Shown: one piece after another, positions 1 to 14,265 of the stretch
Layout: each line of letters begins with the position of its first letter
Numbering within the stretch: the stretch's first letter is position 1
Assembly (NCBI RefSeq): GCF_964204645.1
Contig: NC_134026.1
Coordinates: forward strand, 22,912,150-22,976,149
Direction of reading: 5' to 3'
Length of the DNA: 64,000 nucleotides
DNA from: Tubulanus polymorphus
Taxonomy: Eukaryota; Animalia; Nemertea
Position numbers and translations under genes: made by a program
The notes under the pieces: model-generated
The model's input: the letters and a program-made list of their open reading frames with translations, nothing else
Told to the model about the DNA's origin: nothing
Database searches by the model: none

Positions 1-1608
1 TTGTTACGATAGATACAATTCATGCATTCTTGTCGAGAATGTGTCCTACTTTCAGATCATGTATAGCAATGGTTTTCAAATTCAGGCGTGTCAATTCATA
101 ACCATACAAAGCGAACGCCACATATATTTTGTTGATGCTAAAGGGCATTGAGGTAAACACATTGAGTGCATACAAAATAGACCTATACTTTGTAGTATTG
201 GTTATTTTCAGTGCTTTAGAATCTGCGGTTGAATGATCACTCCTTATTGCTATTTGGAGCATTGATTATCTCAGTTCATCATGCAATTAATCTGCACTTT
301 TTTTAGTGAAACTGCTTTGCAACTTTGCATTTGTTATGATGTTTCAAGGACAGTCATTGAGAATACTGAATCAATAGTTTTAGTGAAATCTAACCCTTGT
401 GTATGCGTCAAAATTGCTGACACTATATCATAAAAATGTTTTACCTCAATCTTGCAATATGTTTCAGTATTTTGTCCATTATTAAAATCTGTAAGCTAGT
501 AACAGTCCATATATCAGGTATCTTGGCATTTGGTTTATATATGTTTTTCATTGAACTTAATGCAGTAGCACTCAGTTACCCGCATGTCAAGATGCACAAA
601 TTTTGCGTTTTCAAAGTTCCTTCTTGAGAAACGATATTCTCCTATTTCAAATAACGAAGAACTTTCCGTGTAAGTGCATCATCATGCAAGTAGTATCAAT
701 TCGCAGTATGTGTGCGTACGCTGCGATGCCCATTATTCATGTTTCAGCAATTTTCATGTGTACATTTGTCGGAAATTGTGATTTTTTCTGGGCTGGTTCT
801 ATGGCAATAACTTGCTGTGTTATTCAGCTGCATAGTGCATCAATATAACGAGCTTCATGTTTTAACAATGCAGATATGTTTTGCTTAATGGAAGTTTACA
901 GTTTATTAAGTATTAATCTGAATGCCCGATCCTCCCTTACTTAATTGGAACTATTCACGAATAGTATCAATGTTAATGGTGACGTCTTCATAAATGCCTA
1001 ACACTGACAAAGTCTAATGAGACCCAGGGACATTGACGATCACGCCACTTAACTAAGTTTAAGTCGCATATCATTTCATGTAAGGAATTGGAATGTTCCC
1101 ATTATCTACATGACTTCGCTGATGCATGCATAGGTGTACTCATTTGTGGATTCAGTGATGTTGCGATTGGGGCATAGCTTCAGGAGAAATATAGGTGGAG
1201 AATGGCGTACACGGCATGTTTATCGAAATTTTTTCCGAATGTGCTGCACTTTATGGACTGGTAAAGAATCTTATGGTGAGTGGGCATGTTTGTGATAGGC
1301 TATTTAAATGTATACACGAATGGAAAATTACCTGGGCTCAGTTTCAAAATAATCAATCGTTGTCGAAGTCATTAGAATGAGAACATTTTCATAGGTGACT
1401 GCTTTGTGAGAGTGACGTTGTTTATTTGACACCTGAGATCGCGTCCATTTCTTCAAAATGTTTATCTTCTGTTCAAAATGTTTATCTTTTTATGTCGAGA
1501 TAGAACTGTGCACCGAGGACCAAGATATATCGTTTACTATACTTCAGTCGATTGTGCATTCTTATCCATTCTTAATTGTGCATTATCGTATCCATTCTCT
1601 TGATGAAA

Positions 1609-1908
1609 AGCGGTGATCACATGCACACGATTTGGCCCAGGTCACCTTAGATTCAGCCTAATTAGAGAGCATGTTCACATGTAAATCACCGACTCCTTAT
1701 CAGAATGCTATCAAAATGATGCTGTGTTAAGCTGGTCACTTCAAGAATCAATTAGCATTGACATGGAATAATTTGACCTATGCTAAAATTTGGTACGGGC
1801 CTGGTCTTTGGTTGGGCCAAAATGTGGCCCGTCTCAAACAGGCACGGACCCATTTGGCACCAGTGTGGCCAAGTTTGGCCGGGGCCAACTGCTCATGTGA
1901 TCGTGCCT
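1609..1908. mobile_element. MITE family A copy (PIF/Harbinger-like ends)
   Basis: Ends agcggtgatcacatg...catgtgatcgtgcct; internal tttggccc/gggccaaa subrepeats; shares aatgctatcaaaatgatgctgtg with the copy at 39694. Confidence 0.8.
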
Positions 1909-3959
1909 TTATAAGTTATATCGATTCTAGTCTTGTAAATGAACGATTGTAGTAATTTCTGTTGATGAAGTTATGAATAATTAGGCAGCAAGTCATGACC
2001 AGTTCTATTGATTGTATCGATTACATAAACGAAATCCGACTAAATCAGTTACTGGAAACTTCCGTGCATACTTGGGAAGAAATGAGTTTTAATTTTGCAC
2101 AGCATAACGTTGATTTTTCCATTCGGTATTCGTTTATTCGTTTACAAGCATTGTGCCGCCGAATTTGAATTTTCATAAGCAATCAGCTTTTAAAACTGAT
2201 CTGATCCGCTTGAAAGCTATCAATCAAGATTGACGATCTTTGAATGACTTTTTAATTGAAATCAACTGATATGATTTTTTTTTAAATAGTGGATCGCTAA
2301 ATCAAATGAACAAAGCTATACAGATCGTCATTTAATATTTTGATTTGTTGTTTACATAATCGTTTAAATTGGCGAAGCTGCTGCTGACTATTTAGTGCAT
2401 GTGCTTGTCTAAGGTGTGTCATACAAGGAGAGGAGATGATAGTAGACACACAAAACCTGTAGCGTAGCACTCTAAGTGAAAGATGGTCACTGTCATTTTG
2501 CTACTATGGAGAGAGATGTAATTGGATCCAAAAAAAAGTCAACAGCTAATGCTTGCCGGAGTTTTTTCGGCATTTGTTGCGCAGTGGTTGGAAATGCAGG
2601 TATGTAGAAACCATGCAAAACAGACCACAGTGATGTGCTCTCCCACCTACCTGGTTGTGATATATATGATCAGTGTTGTTGCTCCGTTTGATCAGGTCGT
2701 TTGTTTCTGGTGTGGCTATCTATAATCATTATTAGGTATTCCTCTGTCTGAGATATTGTTTTTGAAGGATTGTTTCATTGTGTTTTACTAGCTGGCCAAC
2801 TGAGCTTAACTGAGCAAACATGCTTGCTTGTTTTCCCTCCCCTGATTAATTACAGCAATGTTTCAATGAGTTTGTTAACTAATGGATGTTCTCATAATCG
2901 ATGAATATATTTATGCAGCGATCTCAAATATTGTGGTAAATCAGAAAAAAAGTTGAGCTGGAAGGCCTGCAATATTTGTCATTATTTTCAATTATATGTA
3001 GTTGAATAGTCAGGATGATCATGGACCACATAGCAGTGAAAAAAGATTATATGTCTAGACCTATTAAGGCTTTGCAACATAGAGAATCGTGATTCAGTAC
3101 AGATTAATTGAAGTTCCATAGCGATGCTGTTGTTTTCATTGCACTTTGATTGGGCTACTCTGCTGGCTATGAGCAAAACTATAAACCTACAATTTAACCA
3201 ATCGATGTAGTCGTTCAAGTGATTTTCAGACAGATGTTTGTCATTAATGGCTTATATTAAAAAATAGATTTTCTTCAATACCTTTTATTTTCTACTTTAT
3301 TGGTTGTGCGATATTTTGCGGTGTTGACATATGCAGCATGAGCAGTCTTGTGAACCGAGTGAGCGAAGCGTAAACTTTGTTTTGAAATAGTTGATTTGAA
3401 AATTCGAAATTGATCGAGTTGAAGTAGCACTGATGATGGAAAATGCTGTATTGTACTGGATGAATGCATTAATCTGATGTACTTGGAAACTTTGTAATTA
3501 GCTGAATTGATAACTGAATTGCGGTATATTCAGCAAAGCTGCTCGAAGACCAAGACAAGAGGTTGTTTAAAAAATTACTTCTTCAAACTTTCTTTATTTA
3601 CTCAGACGTGGTTTTTCCATGTGCACAGTTATCGGGTGTAGTATCAGGAGAATGTCTGGCGTGGTGCGAAATCATGAGGAAAATGATTGAACCAAACGGC
3701 TTGCGAAGAAAGCAGCTTCGATAATTATCCGTTTATATCAGTCGAGCACCTGTAAATGAAATAAGTGAATTTAACTAAATGTTAATGGGTACAGGTTTGA
3801 ATCAATATCGAACAGCTGGCGTGGACTTAGAAAACAGTTAAATGTTTATGCGACTGATCATCAACAATTATCAGAATTGGATTTATACAGGATTATGTAA
3901 TTGGTATATGAACGAAAGTATGTCATGAAGTGTCGATCCAGAGGGTTAAACATTTCAAT

Positions 3960-4029
3960 ATGAGCATTGTTTGCAGAGGATGGGTGGCACAAGTTTTCTA
4001 TTTGTTTGAAAAATATGTTTTACGAACAG
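3960..4029 (+). CDS. Candidate alternative first coding exon (MSIVCRGWVAQVFYLFEKYVLRT-G)
   Basis: 23 codons plus 1 nt, consensus donor CAG|gtgagt, phase 1, hydrophobic peptide. Confidence 0.4.
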
Positions 4030-4077
4030 GTGAGTATGAAAATAGAATTTTGCAACAAGGAAAATGTTACAAAATCT

Positions 4078-4365
4078 AGCTGCGATCACACTAGCATTTT
4101 TTTTTCCTGAGCCAGATTAGGCCCAGGTGAACGGTTTGGATTGGTGCCAAATGGGCCCCACATAATTTGGTCCATCCTTACATGGTGGACCAGATTACCT
4201 TATTGGATTCTGGAAGTCATTCGACTTGCTTGCCACTGCATTGTTTTGTATTGAGTGAATGATTTAAATGTGAACCGCTCTCCAATTAGACATGGCTCAA
4301 ATTTGACTCGGATCTGGTCCAGGCCAGTTTGATCCAGGCTAAATTGTCTCTGTGTGACCACAGCT
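4078..4365. mobile_element. MITE family A copy (opposite orientation)
   Basis: Ends agctgcgatcacac...gtgtgaccacagct; internal ggtgccaaatgggccc shared with the copy at 51817. Confidence 0.8.
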
Positions 4366-5124
4366 TTGATTTCCGGGGTGAACTGTTGACTATACATGGT
4401 CACATGCAATAACAGTTTGCTACAAAGTTATCCAATGGTCAGAGGTGCTCTCCCTCCTTGGTATGACAAAGTTGGTTAATGAACAAACAGCAGGCCAACC
4501 ACATATTCCAATCTTGCAGAAACAATGACGTTTTTCACATTATTAGGAGTGATATATATGAATATCAGTCACTCATTGCATCTGCTTTGAACAGCCATAC
4601 ATGAAGCATGGAACCCGTATATTTGAGATTAATCCATCACTAGAAACTTCTTTTTAAAAAAAATGATGTATGTTTGCATTTCTTTTAAACCAACACACCT
4701 GGTGAATGTTTAGTTGCCATTAATAGCGTAGCTCATCATTCATTGAAAAGTATTCATTTGAAATGGCTTGGCTAGTACTGATTATAGCAATTATTGACAT
4801 CCATATCAAAATAAGTATCTATACCAAATGAAAGTAAGTATCCATAATGTTCCCATAATTTGTTTTGTTGAAAATTTACGATGAGATGTATTGAGAATGC
4901 AGCTAGCTGAATAGGACTAGAGTTCACAAAAAGAGTTTTTGAATAAACGCGATCAATTTTCTTTTAACTATTTGAAATTAAGGTTGCCAATGGTAACTGA
5001 TGTTAAATTGTGAGTACAACCTGAAGGCAATGTTTTGGTGAATGTATATGATATGATGTGTATTATTGTATTTAAGTACCACCAGAAAGATGCTTGATAT
5101 ACATAAAATTCTGATTTCATATTT

Positions 5125-5175
5125 GCTTAACTTGAATTGGTTTTTCCTTACTTGTATGTGTTTTTTTAGGTAAGT
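5125..5175 (+). other. Candidate recursive splice site (3' splice site immediately followed by 5' splice site), junction 5169/5170
   Basis: ...ggtttttccttacttgtatgtgtttttttag|gtaagt; more than 65 nt upstream with no AG; branch-like cttaac/ccttac. Confidence 0.6.
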
Positions 5176-7967
5176 CAGTAATACTAATCAGTTGCCAGTG
5201 TACAATTATTTTAGGGTAGGAATTATTTCCCTAAGATGTGCTAATGAGCTATTAAGCATGCGCGATACAGCACCCATTGCATTTATAGACTATGTTGTCA
5301 ATCGACCAGCCCTGGAATGATGTGATGACTAGTTTTGTTGAATAAATACCTTTTTTGTACTTTGAATTATCGCTGTAGCGAAACATACAGCGGATGTTTG
5401 CCTTACGACAACTTGATCGTGATGGACTTGGATTCAGTGCTCTGTATGTAACATAGTACGTGTGCTATGTTACATCGAATATTAAAGGCAGCCATATCAG
5501 ATGAACCCTTATACTTATTCGTGAACTGATGCCTTAATGGCAATTCAACAGCGTTTAATCACTTTATCTTTGAAATAATTTTGCCTTTATGCCTTGGAGG
5601 AATTGACCACTCATTGGTGCTATCAATAAATTGCCCCTGAAATTAAGTTCTGCCTTGATGTTAAGACTGACAATTCGTAGATGCTGATGAATTGGCCAAG
5701 CAAGTGTTGATGCACTAGCAATTTCATGGAATAAGTATGTACAATGAAACCAATTTTATCATTGGAAACTTGGGATCATTCTACTCACTTGAGCTAACTT
5801 CTGGGCCGACGAAACTGGCCTTTGGAATTAGATTTATCCATGGACTCGACTTAGGGTCCATGATTTATCCTAGGTTGCTTTTTACATTGCATGATATACA
5901 GTTCTACCTATTGCAGATACAAACGTTATGATCCAGTTCTTTTGCTTGCATTCCTCATGTATAGTAAAATGATAGTAAACTTGTCAGCTTGAATAGACCC
6001 ACATATACTAATCATGGCTGATATTACTTTCTTCTTCGATGCAGCCTTTTTCTTAACCATTTGCGGTCATTATGAATGAGATGAGCGAATTCATACGACC
6101 GTGGAAATTACATTCTGATGGAATTGCAGCTTCACAAAGCTCTTAGTAACGAGGCATAGTGGAGACAAACAATCTGAACTTAGTGATAAATGACGATTTG
6201 TTTCATATAAATGGGTCTCATTTGATCTGGCACACAGTCCCCGTACTTGCCACTCAGGTATAAATCAATGAGATAAAATGTAGGAATTATTAGATAGACA
6301 CTTACGTAATATTACTTCATAAATCATTTTGTCTGCATTTAATGTTTGTTTATAGTCTTACTCAATTTTGTATTCGTGCGCCTTATAGAATTAATAAACT
6401 TGATATCAATTATAGATCTAGCTCAGGTTAAGCAGCTTTGCATTTCGCGGGTAAATGATTTTTTAGACTTCTTTTACTGGTAATTTTGGTACCAAGAATG
6501 ATTTTGGCGTTTCTATTTGAGGTACATCAAATAGGCTTATGGTGATACTACCAAGTAACCAAGTAGAAAGATACATGAGCAAGTAAGAAAAAGCTCAATG
6601 TCTTAATCGTACGTTGTTGACTTCTCAGGGTAAATATCTCAAATATGCAGATATTCATCACGGTACCATTGTGTCAACTACGCTAGATACCATTGCCATG
6701 ATGTGCTGCCATCTAGATTTCATCAGCATGATTAACGTGAGCTACACTTTGTCAGTCGCTAATTCTTTCTCTGAAATTCTCTTTTATGTATGTTGCATAT
6801 TCCCTAAGTTAATACAAGTAGAATTTGAAAAAAAAACATTGATTTTTATATTAGCAGATTAATCAGATATGAAATGGTTTTATTTGTTCATATTTATTTG
6901 TTTATTTACGTGACGTTGTGCAAAGAGTATCCAGTCATTGGACTTATAAGTTACGGTACATATATAAAACAAATGCTTACAGAATGTTGTATTTTTTAAT
7001 TAATAAGGTTCTCATGAGTTACAAAAGCTTAATTATTTTACAGGTTCTCTTGCATTAAGTTCCATATTCTTTCGATATATTTTCCAAAAAGAAGGCAATG
7101 AGTTTTAAACAATATTGTAATTTTTGGACATCGTGCAAATATTGAAAATTCGTTGTGACAACACTGATGGAATTTATAAAATCATTCTGTACAAGTTTTG
7201 AACTGATTCGAGAATGTTAGCAAGAACTGATACAAGCAGCATTAGAGTTCTTAGTATTTGTTAAAACATGGATTAGAAATTCATGATCGTCAGTTTTACT
7301 ACCTTCTGGAAGTTTCTTGAATCGTGGCAACATTTTACAAAAATGAATGCTGTCAAGTCGAATTTGCACTGAAGTTTATCTCGTCATTATAAGGGGTGTG
7401 AGTGTCGCTTTAGCTACTAGGATCTCAACATTATCTTATAGATGCATACTTGTCAAAAGCTTTCTTTCATATCGAGATTTATTTATAACAAATTGAATGA
7501 ATTAAGTGCATCGATTTATCTAAAATTTCATCAATGGCGCAAAGATACGTCGACCGAAAGAAGATGACAAATAGTTACAAATGGAAGACTTAGGTGAGTC
7601 GTATGGCTGAACGACATGCCGCAGTTGAATCTTACCTAATTCCTATAAAGAAGTGAAGTTAGATCGATGAAGGGATAAATCATGCTGCCACGTGGTGTCA
7701 GTGTGTTGAACTTTTAATGCCACTGGCACGCATTGGTAAGAGTTGATGCTGAAGAAAGATGTAGTTGTTTCTGTTTAGTTTTTGCAGCTACAGTAAACAG
7801 AGTATGATATTTCAATGTAATTTGTTATTGCCAAAACCCACGTGTATCCATGTCGTATTGTGCAACTGGATTCTGTTTTCTAATGTTTTTTAGCAGGTAG
7901 CATTATCTTTTCTCACGAGTCGAGGAAATACACCATATCCGTGTAAGATGAATATACCAGAAAAATG

Positions 7968-8120
7968 CCACAATAAATCAGCCAAAAATGAAAAGTTCTT
8001 GAATAGCGTATATATAATTTCGAGCGAAGTTTTGGCTAACGACTAATGACTATTAGCCATCATCAGGCGTCTGATGATGGCTAATAGTCGAACTTTTCAT
8101 TTTTGGCTGATTTATCGCGG
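7968..8120. repeat. Nested perfect inverted repeats
   Basis: Outer 26-bp perfect arms at 7973-7998 and 8090-8115; inner 19-bp perfect arms at 8048-8066 and 8071-8089 with a 4-nt loop. Confidence 0.95.
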
Positions 8121-9863
8121 GAGATTTCTCTTATATTGTTCTTCCGAAATTGCTTGAGGCAGCTCATGCATCAGATATATGCATTGTTCTCACAAAGCAA
8201 GAGTGGAAAAACCACATATTTCTCTACCAAACTTATCTAAGAAGCATGTCCTTTAACAATTCATTGGGTGCAAATTATTGATCGTGTCTGGATGCCTTTT
8301 CTAGGTCTGAATATTATATCATTGAGTAGCATACTGTAATTAAATTGTAGTTGATAACCAATAATTCATTCCCAGAATATATAGTGTCTTTGCGTCTCAT
8401 TACTTGTAGATGTTAACTTTGTCCAAAGTTTCAGCGAAGTGTCTAGATTATTCAGGTGTGCTTGCTATGGGATAAGTGCTGTGGTAAATGTCTTGAATAC
8501 ACATAATCCTCAAAATCTTGTTTACTTATCAGGCAGGCTCAAACACAGCAATCAATCTGAGCTGACTCTGATTCTATTGAACTAGCAATTATATCTACTC
8601 CTTGAAAGGAACCCTGATTGCTAATCAGCCCCTCTGGAAAATGTAGCCTGGGTTCAAACCATTAAGGGAGTGCTTCATTCGATTTTGTTGGAAACCCTCT
8701 TGCTATAGTTTGACCTACTGCTTTATCACTGCCCGTAGGTTGGAGAATTCTTTCATAATACATTTCTGTGGGTCAATATTGCCGTCAAGGGAAAGCCAAT
8801 TTTTGATTACATGAAAACCCGTCTGCACGAAAGCATATCTTATGTGCTTGCATATTTCAGTAGTTTATTTATAGATCTTGAGATGCATTCGTTTTTTCCG
8901 ACAAAGCATTCTTCTGGATATGGAGAGACGAGACTCACGCGCAATTATTCTCGATCGGGAGAGGTCACACTCACGACAATGTTAGGTGGTCGTGTTCTTC
9001 CTTCCTAATCCTATTTCCATCATCATCCATTCGTTGTTAGTTGTACGAAGAAAAGCATCCGCTCTGAATGTCTGTGAGGTTTCCATAGAAACTCCTTAGA
9101 AAAACGAACGGCTCCCCGTCAATTTCATGCATTCGGTGCAAAAATGAGGACTGATTTTGAAAAAAAATCTATCCTTATCTCATAACAGTGTATTTCACAC
9201 GGCTACACTTTCGTGTAGTTATAGATTTATGGATTTGTTCTGCCACAACAAAAGCTGCATGCGAGTATAACTTCTTTCTGAATTTAATTCAAATTTTTTA
9301 ACATATCACTTGATTCGAAGGATAAAACATGCGCGCGACGGGATAGTCATTTTAATAAAAAGACCTCGCTAAACCGTGAAAAAGCTTAATGATTCCTTGC
9401 GGAGTCTAATTGAATTGGCAGCCGGGAAACAATTTCAGTTGTCAAGTCTTGTGATAAGTTTGTCGCAATCTAAAATCGTCGGTCATGCGTGTTTGCTTGA
9501 AACATTTTGACAATAAATTAAGTGGCTAATGATTGATAATAAAAAGCCAGGCGAATTGGAAATGTGGCTTTAAAGTCAGCCATGTGCATGGAAACGAATT
9601 ATCGTTTTTTGAAATGCTTAAGAATATTGCTTATCATAGCAAGATAATTGCCCTCACATCTAATCTTTGCTAATGAAATCTTGTCATGCTAGTATGGATC
9701 AAATGTTTGCAGGAGTGTTAACATATTCCAGTTAATCCATCGACTTGCGAATGCTCTAATGCTATATCCGATATGTACGAGTAAAATAAACAATATTTAG
9801 CTCTGTCTCTTTATCAGAATTGAATTCGACAATTCCATGATCTTACAACTGAAAGTATCAATC

Positions 9864-9974
9864 TGGACCCAGATTCACTGTTGTGAGTTAGAGTTAACTC
9901 TGAGTTAAAGTTAGTCCATTTTCAATGAGTTAACTCTGAGTCAAATCTTAACTCGGAACAGTGGAACTGGCCCA
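9864..9974. mobile_element. Small ~110-bp MITE (family B) with internal GAGTTAACTC palindromes
   Basis: tggacccagattcactgttgtgagtta is imperfectly inverted at taactcggaacagtggaactggccca; gagttaactctgagt occurs twice inside. Confidence 0.7.
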
Positions 9975-12679
9975 TAACATTCAATCAGAGCACATGAATT
10001 CTGACCATTGGCTTTAAAGTATAATCAAATATTTTAAACCTGCATTGCAAATCAATGGTTGATTACTTAACTTAATTAAATTAATGGTTTGGATAAGCTA
10101 TTCTCGGAATTTGAACCCTGCAAGGATAAGTAAGTCAAATTGTTCACATGCTATTTGGCATTTCAATCTTATTTATTCCTCAGCACGTAACAGCATATTT
10201 TAAACTGGTGTGTACACCTGATAAAACTAAATTCACCATCCTCATCCTTGAAAGCTGGAAAAGTCAATATCTTTTATGAATAGTTAAACATTTCGCATGC
10301 ATTTTTCAGACGAGATAGATCAAGTTAGGTTTTTGTTTGATGCGTGTGTGTGGGCGTATTGTCATTGGCTGGAAAAACCAGACAGCTACATCAACCTCAA
10401 TATTCCATCCAGCAATAGTAATGAAAAAAACAACCACAAGCGATTGTATTATCATTTGTTGGGTGTTTTGAATACACATTTAGCTGTTATATTACATGCG
10501 AACTCTATCGATTTTGATTTTATGTTCCTGCTTGTTCATTAAATAAAGTGTCATCGTCTATGCCAGCATTTTAACCCCGTCATTAGGACCCACTTCCTCA
10601 GTTGAGTGTAGCTTTAGAAGTTGAACGCGAACTGATTTTGACTCTGACGATCTGACAACTGTAGAACTGCGAAGGGGTGGGTTACTCATGAATTACAAGA
10701 AGGTTTACGTATGCCAATTTGAAGGCAGTTGTTAACGTACACCCAATCTTACTTGATCCATCGCAGACTTTATATCTTCCAACCTCATTGTCCATTCTCG
10801 GGAGCAAGTAACAAAATACCAAATTGAGTGGATGGCTTACAAGCGAAAGAATGCAATAAACAGTTGCAATCCCTTTTTGACATCGCCATCAATAAGTACT
10901 AAGACTGCCAAACATGCGTATTTGATCAATAGCGTCACCATCCACGAAAGACCATTCATCCGTGCGAGCAAGTTTTCAATAATATACTTTTCGCTGCCCT
11001 TTGAAGAAAGACATAAGTCACCGCACCGCGCAAGAAGTCGTTTTTATTTTTTATTTCTGGAATGTTTCATTTATCACCGTTTGATGGGACTTTCATCGAC
11101 GTTGCCAGCAGAGTTTGTGTGTTGTTCGACGAATGATTTTGTTCCCCGAAGGTGTACGACGGCACCCTATCAAAATAGCAATTGCAATAACTGCCACGAG
11201 CGGCGGCTGATGAATAATAATATTGCTTTTCGATTTATTCCTACCGAAGAATGAAAGACAAAGCTGTTGGGGGTTGGATAAAGATTATTCATGTTTCAAT
11301 ATCTCAGATGGTGCGGTTATTCTCGGCCATTCAATGCAAATAAATCATATTGGAGGTGGTTTTACATCGGTAATGGTCGCCGTAATCATTATTTATTGAC
11401 GGAACCCCTAATTTTTACTCTCATAGCCGAATGCGCATCTTGCCCGGGCAGTGTAGGAACTGTGAATGAATAACAAGTCGCAATTGTCAGAAGATTTATT
11501 CCATTCGGAACGGCGTTCAACGATGAACCTGCAATTTGGTCACTGCTTGTTAAATACATACTTACGTGATGAAATTAGCTTTATAATCGACATCGCGCTT
11601 TCATGGATTTCCGCGGAGAGTCGATTCCCATTTCTTGTACATAGTGATTTCGTCGCATAAGCGCTATCATCTTTTGTCAGTTATTGTGTACGGCAATATA
11701 ACAATGGTTCCGATTAGTAATTTATGACCGAGACACGAATTTTTCTTTTATGGAATTTATCGTTTTTGACATCATTCTAACCATGTTACATCCAGCCTTT
11801 TCAAGAAGCTGTGCTTATTTCTAGTAGCCCTTTTCAGATGTAACTGTCCATTTTGCCGTGGTGTAAACGTTGACTCTGGCAAATTTTTTGTATAAATATT
11901 TTCATCAAGTGAATTTTATGAACCTTCTTATGGCTCTATGATGCTTCGGCAGTGTCTGCGTCAATGGAATTCAATTTTCCATGAAATCCTGCCATCGCGT
12001 GACTACTTTATCAAAGCAGATTCATCTGAACGTATTCCAGTATGTGTTTACTGCACACTGTTGTTGAAGATTGTATCAATATTCACTGCTACTGTGGAAT
12101 AATTACTCAATTATCCTGATTCCCTTCTTTCTAAGTCCCTGATGAGGCGGTATTCTTTCAAAATTTCACTGATGGTTTAAATACTGAAAGTCAATGACAA
12201 ATTTTTTATTTTGATTGATTTTAATTGGAGCTGAAATATCATATTTTGGTATTTTCACCAGTAGCTATTTCTATCGGTTCCATTCACTTTAAATCACGTT
12301 TGATTTGGGTTATAACTTCAAGTGCAACAACAAATGAAGGAAGCTTTCTTTGGATGCATGTTGTAATTGACCATATTGTCGGTGCAGAAAAAAACGGCCA
12401 AATCTATTGAGAGTTGTTAACCGAAAGGTATCCCCGGTATGAAAAAATAACTAGCAACAGATTACAGTTCGTAATGTGCAAACCGGCTGATGAAAATTAA
12501 TATAACAAAAACCATCCTTTATCCATTCGTCGAAGCCACGAAATAATGAGATTTAGCAGTGTGCTTGCCATAATTCGCTCAGTGATGTTTAGCAGATAGT
12601 TTTCAAATTTATTATTCAACACACTGGGATTAGAGAAGTCGGTAACTGTCACGAGTGTGTTCATTATCCTCCCTAGTGT

Positions 12680-13140
12680 AATCCGGTGCGTTTATTTGGC
12701 AACCTCGTTGGGGGTTTCCCTTTCGTTTTTCACTTTTTTTTGGGACATCGTTGTGCAAGGTTTATCGTCGTCCTTGTTGCATCGGTAGCAATAATCTCCG
12801 GGAAACTTGTGCAAGCTGCCGCTGCGAATCACTAATCGATAACGTTGAGCGCAGGCAAGACTGCAGCTGAGATTCAAGCTACAGTGCATATATCGAAAAA
12901 CGACTACAAAACCCGAAACCATAATAGGATAGGCGTGATTTTGGAGGCGGTTATGCAATCGGTAAGAATAGAAAAATAGGTCGCCGCGAATTTGGCGTAG
13001 GGATTTATGACAACTCAACTAAAACTCCTCGGATGCTATCGTCAGCAGCGGAAATCTAAGCCGAAATGAAGCGCGACGATCTCGAAGTAAAGTTCAGGTG
13101 CAACAAAGAATCTGCGATTCGGATTTCCATCTAAGTAGGT
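12680..13140 (+). promoter_or_regulatory. CpG-rich promoter or 5'UTR-like block
   Basis: Sharp local rise in GC and CpG about 1 kb upstream of candidate exon 14121; contains donor-like TCG|gtaaga at 12961; no in-phase coding exon found. Confidence 0.4.
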
Positions 13141-14120
13141 TTGAAGGCTGCACCTTGAAGTAGGACTTGTTTGGGAATATTGATTCGATTCTAACATTAT
13201 TTAACTAGAGAACGTCATTTGTAAATCTAATATTCAATCTAAATATTGTCTTTATAATATCGACGTGTCAGCCGGTTCTCTAATTGATATCTCTCGAAAA
13301 GACGAAGGAACTAGTTTAGTATTTCAGACGCTTGATTATACCCTACAGTTTGGATTTTTTTTCAAATCAGAAAGCTTTATCGAAATATTAATATAGAGAT
13401 ACAGTTACATCGCAGTCATTCATGTTTATTGTTAGTACTGTAGCAACTTGAAACCAGACCAATGGCTTGAATGATAGTAGAATAGGTAATAGACAATACT
13501 ATTATTAACAACAAGATATACGCAGCAGTGGAGGATGGCGTGATAACTGGCATAGAAGAAAAAGGATATTATTAGCCTTGTGCATAAAATGCAACATCTT
13601 CATCGGTGTTGTTTTGTCATAAATAAGCAATTGTTATATACTATCTCTATAGGAAGAATAGTTAATTCGTAACTTGTTGGATAAGTTTCTGGAGTTCGTT
13701 GGGTCGGTAGTCGGTAGTCGCAGCGTTTTTCAGCGCTGCTCTCATATGCACGTGTTTCGACGTTTTTGAAAAGGACGAAGTATTTTCGTGTAAGCGTACG
13801 TTCGTTATTGTCATAATTTCGCATCTATCCTCTTTCAAAACTCGTTCATGTGGACTTGATCTATAGCTGTCTACGTTGTCTAATCATGCTGAACATGTTG
13901 CAAGTAATGTTCGTTTCGTACTTGATCAACGACTGAACACTGCAGCGGTGGACCTGTGCACGCTTCTCGGGGACGGAAAAGCCGTATCATTATTGCCTCA
14001 TGATAACACCATAGACTGACATTATAGATATATCTCTGGATATTGCCTGAATCGGAACAAACAGCGACGATGTTCGTGGATACGTTTCAGAGTCGCTGAA
14101 TTTTTTTACGGAAGACTCGG

Positions 14121-14265
14121 ATGCCACCGTTATTGAGCTGCGCAAGTGGATTTAGACTGATCGTCAACATCAAGTGTGTAATGTGCCGCAGCTCAATGGG
14201 ACGATGCTCCCCGAGGTATCTTTTCGGCTTGGTCCTTGACCTGATCTGCCAGAGGCGAAGAAAAG
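14121..14265 (+). CDS. Candidate alternative first coding exon of the KChIP gene (MPPLLSCASGFRLIVNIKCVMCRSSMGRCSPRYLFGLVLDLICQRRRK-G)
   Basis: 48 codons plus 1 nt, donor AAG|gtaatt, phase 1. Sits at the 3' edge of a CpG-rich block (about 13690-14265) and GC content drops right after the donor. Confidence 0.5.

Noticed and set aside
51-66. 16-nt identity (ttcagatcatgtatag) with the KChIP exon at about 62106-62121, suggesting a duplicated exon
   Set aside because: Similarity does not extend in frame on either side and there is no matching donor; most likely chance.
1452-1600. Short tandem duplications (also 35501-35527 and 54280-54312)
   Set aside because: Ordinary slippage duplications with no further structure.
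10832-11254. Longest ORF in the track (140 aa)
   Set aside because: No recognisable domain or splice context; lies in a locally GC-richer non-coding-looking block where stops are rarer.
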